The translations under genes and the position numbers were made by a program. Positions 60,088 to 64,000 of a DNA stretch of 64,000 nucleotides are shown piece after piece (within the stretch, counting starts at the first letter, position 1; every line of letters starts with the position of its first letter). The stretch spans positions 2,656-66,655 of the forward strand of contig JBJEEB010000041.1 in assembly GCA_051872655.1 (NCBI GenBank). The letters are read 5' to 3'. The notes under the pieces are model-generated. The model made no database searches, was not told where the DNA came from, and saw only the letters and a list, made by a program, of their open reading frames with translations. The DNA is from Bacilli bacterium (GTDB taxonomy: Bacteria; Bacillota_I; Bacilli_A; RF39; UBA660).

Positions 60088-61756
60088 TATTCTTTTTCTT
60101 TCTAGTCGGATTTGCTTTTTTAGTAGGTATAGATTTAGGTATAGGTTGTTCTTCTGTAAATAATTCCTTTTCTATTCTAAAAGTATCTAAATCAAATATT
60201 TCAAGCTTATAAAAATCTTTATGTTTAACCTTAATATTATCAATAACTTTATACTTAATAGGATAATCTTTTATTTGTTTTAAATTACTTTTAACTGGAT
60301 TCATACGAGCCATTAAAAATAGAGCTTCGCCAAACTTAAAATTCATAAGTTCATCTGGTGTAAGTAAATCTCTACCAGTTAAGGAACTATCAGAAGATAA
60401 ATGAAAATCAGCTTTACCATATCTATTAGATGATGAAGTTCTAGTAGTTAGTATCGTATATTTTCCGATACGATTTGAAATTTCGCGAGCAGTCTGATAC
60501 TCATTTGTCAGTAAATAAACAAGATTCATATTTGCTTTAATAGTAGCCGCTTGTTCTTTATAACTTTCTTGAAGTTGTCCGAAATCTTGAATTACACTAT
60601 ATATACGTATCTGTCTTGATCTTGCTACTGTTAGTTTTTTAGAAAATTCTGGAATATGAATTGTATTACATAATTCTTCTAATATAAAATTAACTCTAAT
60701 AGGTAAAGTACCTGCTTTAGTTTTCTGTGCTTCTTCAACTAATGTTTGATACATTTGATTAAAAAACAATGTTCCTACAAAATGACGAGAAATCTTTTCA
60801 TCTGGAACAATTAAGAAAATAGCAGTTTTTTTCTTGCCAATATCTTTTATATTGAATGAAGTTCTACTTGTAATATAACTAACACCAGTATCCCCAAAAA
60901 CTCTTAATTTTGAAGCTAGAATTGAAAATATAGTAGCTCTAGTTTCGCCACGTGCAAAATTACCAGCAGAATATAAATTTTTAGCAGTACTACCAAAAGG
61001 ACGATCATCAAAATATTTGTCTAGTGAATTCTGATCGCCATACTTTTTACCGCCGTGTTCTACAAGTAAATTATATATAGAATGAAAATGTACTTGATTT
61101 TCATTTTTACAATCTTCAATTAAAGCAAGACATAAAGCACTTAATACCGAAGAAGATGATTCTTGCCAATACTTATCACGACTATTAACTTCTTCACATA
61201 TAGCATTTGATAAGTCATTAATAGTTTCAATTTCTTTTTCAAAATTGTTTTCTTTATGATATTCATAAGCTAAAGTAAGAGGATTCCAAAAATCACTATT
61301 TGAAGTATCCCTTAAATTAATAACTTTAATATCATATTTTTTTCTTTTTAAATAATCATAAGTAGTCTTATATAATTCGCCTTTAACATCATTAATAATC
61401 ATTGATTCCCCAGCGTCAGCAAGATTAAATATTAAAGGAAATATTACACTTGCAGTTTTACCAGATCCCGTGTTTCCAATTATTAATGAATGATTTGAGC
61501 TAGTATCTACATAGTATTTATTATTTTCTATTGCAACAACCATTCCACCTGATTTATTATCTTTTCCAAATTTCCAAGTAGTAAAATGATCTTTAATTTC
61601 TTTCATAGAAGCAAACTTGCTACTACCAAACTCATTACTTTCAACTCGTTTAGGAATACCATTAACAGAGTTAGAATTTCTAATCTTAAAATTATATTTA
61701 TAATATAATAAAAGTAAAATAAAAAAGAATTCCATAAGCAGAATTCCCATAATCAT
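60077..61756 (-). CDS. Type IV secretion coupling protein (TraG/VirD4/TraD-like ATPase)
   Basis: N-terminal TM, Walker A IIGNTGSGKTASVIFP, and Walker B-like hydrophobic-DE (ILEELCNTIHIPEF region). 559 aa. Overlaps the methyltransferase start by 11 nt. Confidence 0.65.
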   Translation of the reverse strand: MIMGILLMEFFFILLLLYYKYNFKIRNSNSVNGIPKRVESNEFGSSKFASMKEIKDHFTTWKFGKDNKSGGMVVAIENNKYYVDTSSNHSLIIGNTGSGKTASVIFPLIFNLADAGESMIINDVKGELYKTTYDYLKRKKYDIKVINLRDTSNSDFWNPLTLAYEYHKENNFEKEIETINDLSNAICEEVNSRDKYWQESSSSVLSALCLALIEDCKNENQVHFHSIYNLLVEHGGKKYGDQNSLDKYFDDRPFGSTAKNLYSAGNFARGETRATIFSILASKLRVFGDTGVSYITSRTSFNIKDIGKKKTAIFLIVPDEKISRHFVGTLFFNQMYQTLVEEAQKTKAGTLPIRVNFILEELCNTIHIPEFSKKLTVARSRQIRIYSVIQDFGQLQESYKEQAATIKANMNLVYLLTNEYQTAREISNRIGKYTILTTRTSSSNRYGKADFHLSSDSSLTGRDLLTPDELMNFKFGEALFLMARMNPVKSNLKQIKDYPIKYKVIDNIKVKHKDFYKLEIFDLDTFRIEKELFTEEQPIPKSIPTKKANPTRKKKNNDS

Positions 61757-61928
61757 ATTTCTATCATTTATAATAATCTTAATTAATTTAACTATATTAA
61801 AGGTAAAATCAAACTTAAAATTATTTTGAATTGCATTAATGAAGTTAGGAAGAAAAAATATGATTGCTAATAGAGAAATAATAACTACTATAATATAGTT
61901 AATATATTTCTTTATAACAATAACCCCC

Positions 61929-63356
61929 TTAAATTTCTTTTCCTTGTAGTTCCTTTTCTATAATTTCTAATAAATAAGCTTCTTCCTTTTTATTTTCACT
62001 TTCTAAAAAGTCATTAGCTTTTTTTATAAATTGTTTAAATTTAACATTTTTATAAAATGATTTGTTTTTATAATTATCATATCTTTTTTTAGAATATCCA
62101 AAATGAGATAGAGCTTTGTAAAAATCAGTAGCATTCATATCTTCACGACCACGATTAACACTCATAAATAATAGCTCAGCGTCGTAATTTAGATTAGAAT
62201 TTTTAAGCCATTTATTAAGTAGTTTCTTGATATCACTATCAGACAAGTCAGCTAATTTTCCTAATTTATATAACTCTGAAGCATATTTAAAAACTGTTGA
62301 TTTCTTTTTTACTGGTACACTTTTAAAATTAATATTCATTATATTAACTTTTAAAAATTCTTTCTGACGTTCCAAAAAATCTTTAGAATTATAAACTTTA
62401 AAATTATATAAAATATCATTACCAATTTTTGAATATAAACGTTTCATTTTGTTTTCTATATATTTGTTATCTTTAGAATTACCATACATCTTTTTTTGTT
62501 CTCGTTCTATTTCTTCCAAGTGATGATAATACTTTTCAAATTCATATTTTATAGTATCGTGATATAAAATCTTTTCTATAATCTTATCTATATCAGATCT
62601 ACAATAATCCAAATTTCTTGAATTATATTGTAGTCTGCCTTTTTTCGGTAATTCATTATAAAGTTTTAATAAATCTTTATTAAGACTCTTTCTAAATTTA
62701 TCACTAAAAAATAAATCTTTATCGATTTTAGTAAAATTATTTTTTCTAATTTTATAATCTAATCCTAAAAATAAATAATCCTGTTCTTTATAAAAAGACG
62801 TATTATCTATTAAATAAGAAGCAATATTACTTTTTAAATGTTTCATAGATGTTTTTTCTAAAGTATCTTTCTTATGTCTTTGTTCTTTTTCAAATATGCA
62901 AATATGAAGATGTGGATTATCAGTGTCTCTATGAAGTGATGAATACCAACAAGTATTAGTTAAATCCATATCATTATCTAATATAAATTTAGGCATAATA
63001 GCTTTAGTCATCAAATAATAATCTTGTTTAGTTTTAAGACCGGATTCTAAAGCAAAATCTGGTGGGAATGATATAACTAAAGTCCATATTCTACCAGATT
63101 TGTCATTAGGTAAATCTTTAAGAATGTCTTTTTTATCAATATCGCCGTTTTTATCCCAAATAAAATGTGTGTCTATATCTTCGGTATCATCAAACAAGTC
63201 AAATTCCTTATTTATTAATTCATCATAAGACGACATATCTTTAAGACTTTTTCCGTCAGATCCGTCTTTAGATACATACTTACACCAGCCACTAACTAAT
63301 CTCTGAAAATTCACATCTTTTTTATATCTTAATCTTGTAATAATATTACTACTCAT
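61929..63356 (-). CDS. Relaxase (MobA/VirD2-type mobilisation nuclease domain)
   Basis: 3-His motif HxDxxxPHxH in SLHRDTDNPHLHICIF, with the preceding conserved acidic/Trp block. 475 aa with a C-terminal helical domain. Confidence 0.7.
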   Translation of the reverse strand: MSSNIITRLRYKKDVNFQRLVSGWCKYVSKDGSDGKSLKDMSSYDELINKEFDLFDDTEDIDTHFIWDKNGDIDKKDILKDLPNDKSGRIWTLVISFPPDFALESGLKTKQDYYLMTKAIMPKFILDNDMDLTNTCWYSSLHRDTDNPHLHICIFEKEQRHKKDTLEKTSMKHLKSNIASYLIDNTSFYKEQDYLFLGLDYKIRKNNFTKIDKDLFFSDKFRKSLNKDLLKLYNELPKKGRLQYNSRNLDYCRSDIDKIIEKILYHDTIKYEFEKYYHHLEEIEREQKKMYGNSKDNKYIENKMKRLYSKIGNDILYNFKVYNSKDFLERQKEFLKVNIMNINFKSVPVKKKSTVFKYASELYKLGKLADLSDSDIKKLLNKWLKNSNLNYDAELLFMSVNRGREDMNATDFYKALSHFGYSKKRYDNYKNKSFYKNVKFKQFIKKANDFLESENKKEEAYLLEIIEKELQGKEI

Positions 63357-63780
63357 CTGGATAATCCTTTTTACTTCGTAGTTCTCTAATATTTTTCAAA
63401 ACTTGTTCCCTTGCTACTTCTGTAATAGGGTGATTGACAAGATGTGTATTAAGTTCAGCTCTAGTTTGTGGTATGTCAAAATATTTATAAGTCATATCAT
63501 TTTGTAATATGATTGTTTCTATACCAATATTATTTTTATTTAACATAGTTAATATTTTATAAAATTGTTTTTCATTAGCATTCTGTACTGTTTCTGTTAT
63601 TAGTTCAACAAGTTTCTTTTGTGTATCTAATAACATTGTTTGATCCATATAATCAAGTAAAACGTTTTTACAATATTCGCTAACTTTCATATTATTTTTT
63701 TCGGCCATTTCTTGAAGTAATTTTTTCTTATTAAGATCTAATCTAAAGGCAACAATATTTGAATTTTTATTTTCATTCAT
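63349..63780 (-). CDS. MobC-like ribbon-helix-helix relaxosome accessory protein
   Basis: N-terminus IVAFRLDLNKKKLLQEMAEKNNMKVSEYCKNVLL has the MobC/RHH pattern (RLT.EE...L...A...G.S.S.Y.R). Overlaps the relaxase start by 8 nt. Confidence 0.5.
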   Translation of the reverse strand: MNENKNSNIVAFRLDLNKKKLLQEMAEKNNMKVSEYCKNVLLDYMDQTMLLDTQKKLVELITETVQNANEKQFYKILTMLNKNNIGIETIILQNDMTYKYFDIPQTRAELNTHLVNHPITEVAREQVLKNIRELRSKKDYPDE

Positions 63781-63947
63781 TATTTACCATTCATTACACA
63801 ATCCAAGTTTTCAAATATATAATCTCTCAATAATCTATCTAAAACATTTTGAATTGTTAAACCTTTAATCTCTAATATTTTTCTAAATGCTTGTTCTGTT
63901 TTAGGATCAACTAAAACTTTTAAATATACAGATTTCTTTTCATTCAT
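63780..63947 (-). CDS. Small ribbon-helix-helix-like protein (55 aa), first gene of the mobilisation operon
   Basis: Own translation MNEKKSVYLKVLVDPKTEQAFRKILEIKGLTIQNVLDRLLRDYIFENLDCVMNGK. AAAGGGGG lies 8 nt upstream. Its stop overlaps the next start (TAATG). Confidence 0.35.
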   Translation of the reverse strand: MNEKKSVYLKVLVDPKTEQAFRKILEIKGLTIQNVLDRLLRDYIFENLDCVMNGK

Positions 63948-64000
63948 TCGCATAACCCCCTTTAAACATTATTTATTATCTTCGACTATATCATTATCAA

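Overview
This is a 64 kb window of very AT-rich, low-GC Firmicutes chromosome that uses the standard genetic code. Almost every gene lies on the minus strand. The organism is an anaerobic endospore-former of Clostridia type. Supporting genes: sspI, cotJ(A)B-cotJC, a CotD-like coat protein, a BclA-like collagen exosporium protein with SgtA-like glycosyltransferase, cdaA-cdaR, and perR-rubrerythrin with an Hrb-like flavin reductase-rubredoxin. Housekeeping content: dnaG (edge-truncated), hemW, holA, trxA, cvpA, typA/bipA, ffh and a single tRNA-Gly(GCC) with its own promoter and terminator. Accessory content includes a ytrABCDEF-like double ABC-transporter operon with an embedded GntR regulator, a paired active/inactive M16 peptidase module divergent from cotJ, two TasA/camelysin-like genes for secreted proteins with a SipW-type signal peptide, an SLH-anchored beta-helix wall protein, and a complete arginine deiminase locus with an arginine-type ABC importer. 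Four in-frame fusions are read directly from the sequence. First, a 999-aa thioester-domain/Cna-B adhesin carries its (V)PNTG sorting signal and continues, with no stop codon, into a two-TM hairpin and a full sortase catalytic domain. Second, arginine deiminase is fused to ornithine carbamoyltransferase (ArcA-ArcB, 771 aa). Third, CotJA is fused to CotJB. Fourth, a flavin reductase is fused to rubredoxin. Immediately downstream of the tRNA-Gly sits an unrecognised two-gene cassette: an ankyrin-repeat + ClpA/B-D1-type AAA+ ATPase followed by a 965-aa protein with a possible transglutaminase-like Cys-His-Asp core. This is my best candidate for an undescribed system. The right 9.5 kb is the left part of an integrative mobilizable or conjugative element that runs off the window: large serine recombinase, orphan C5 DNA methyltransferase, type IV coupling protein, MobA/VirD2-type relaxase and two RHH accessory proteins. 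Its recombinase gene overlaps the start of the bclA-like exosporium gene, which raises a sporulation-gene intervening-element hypothesis. No rRNA or CRISPR was seen.
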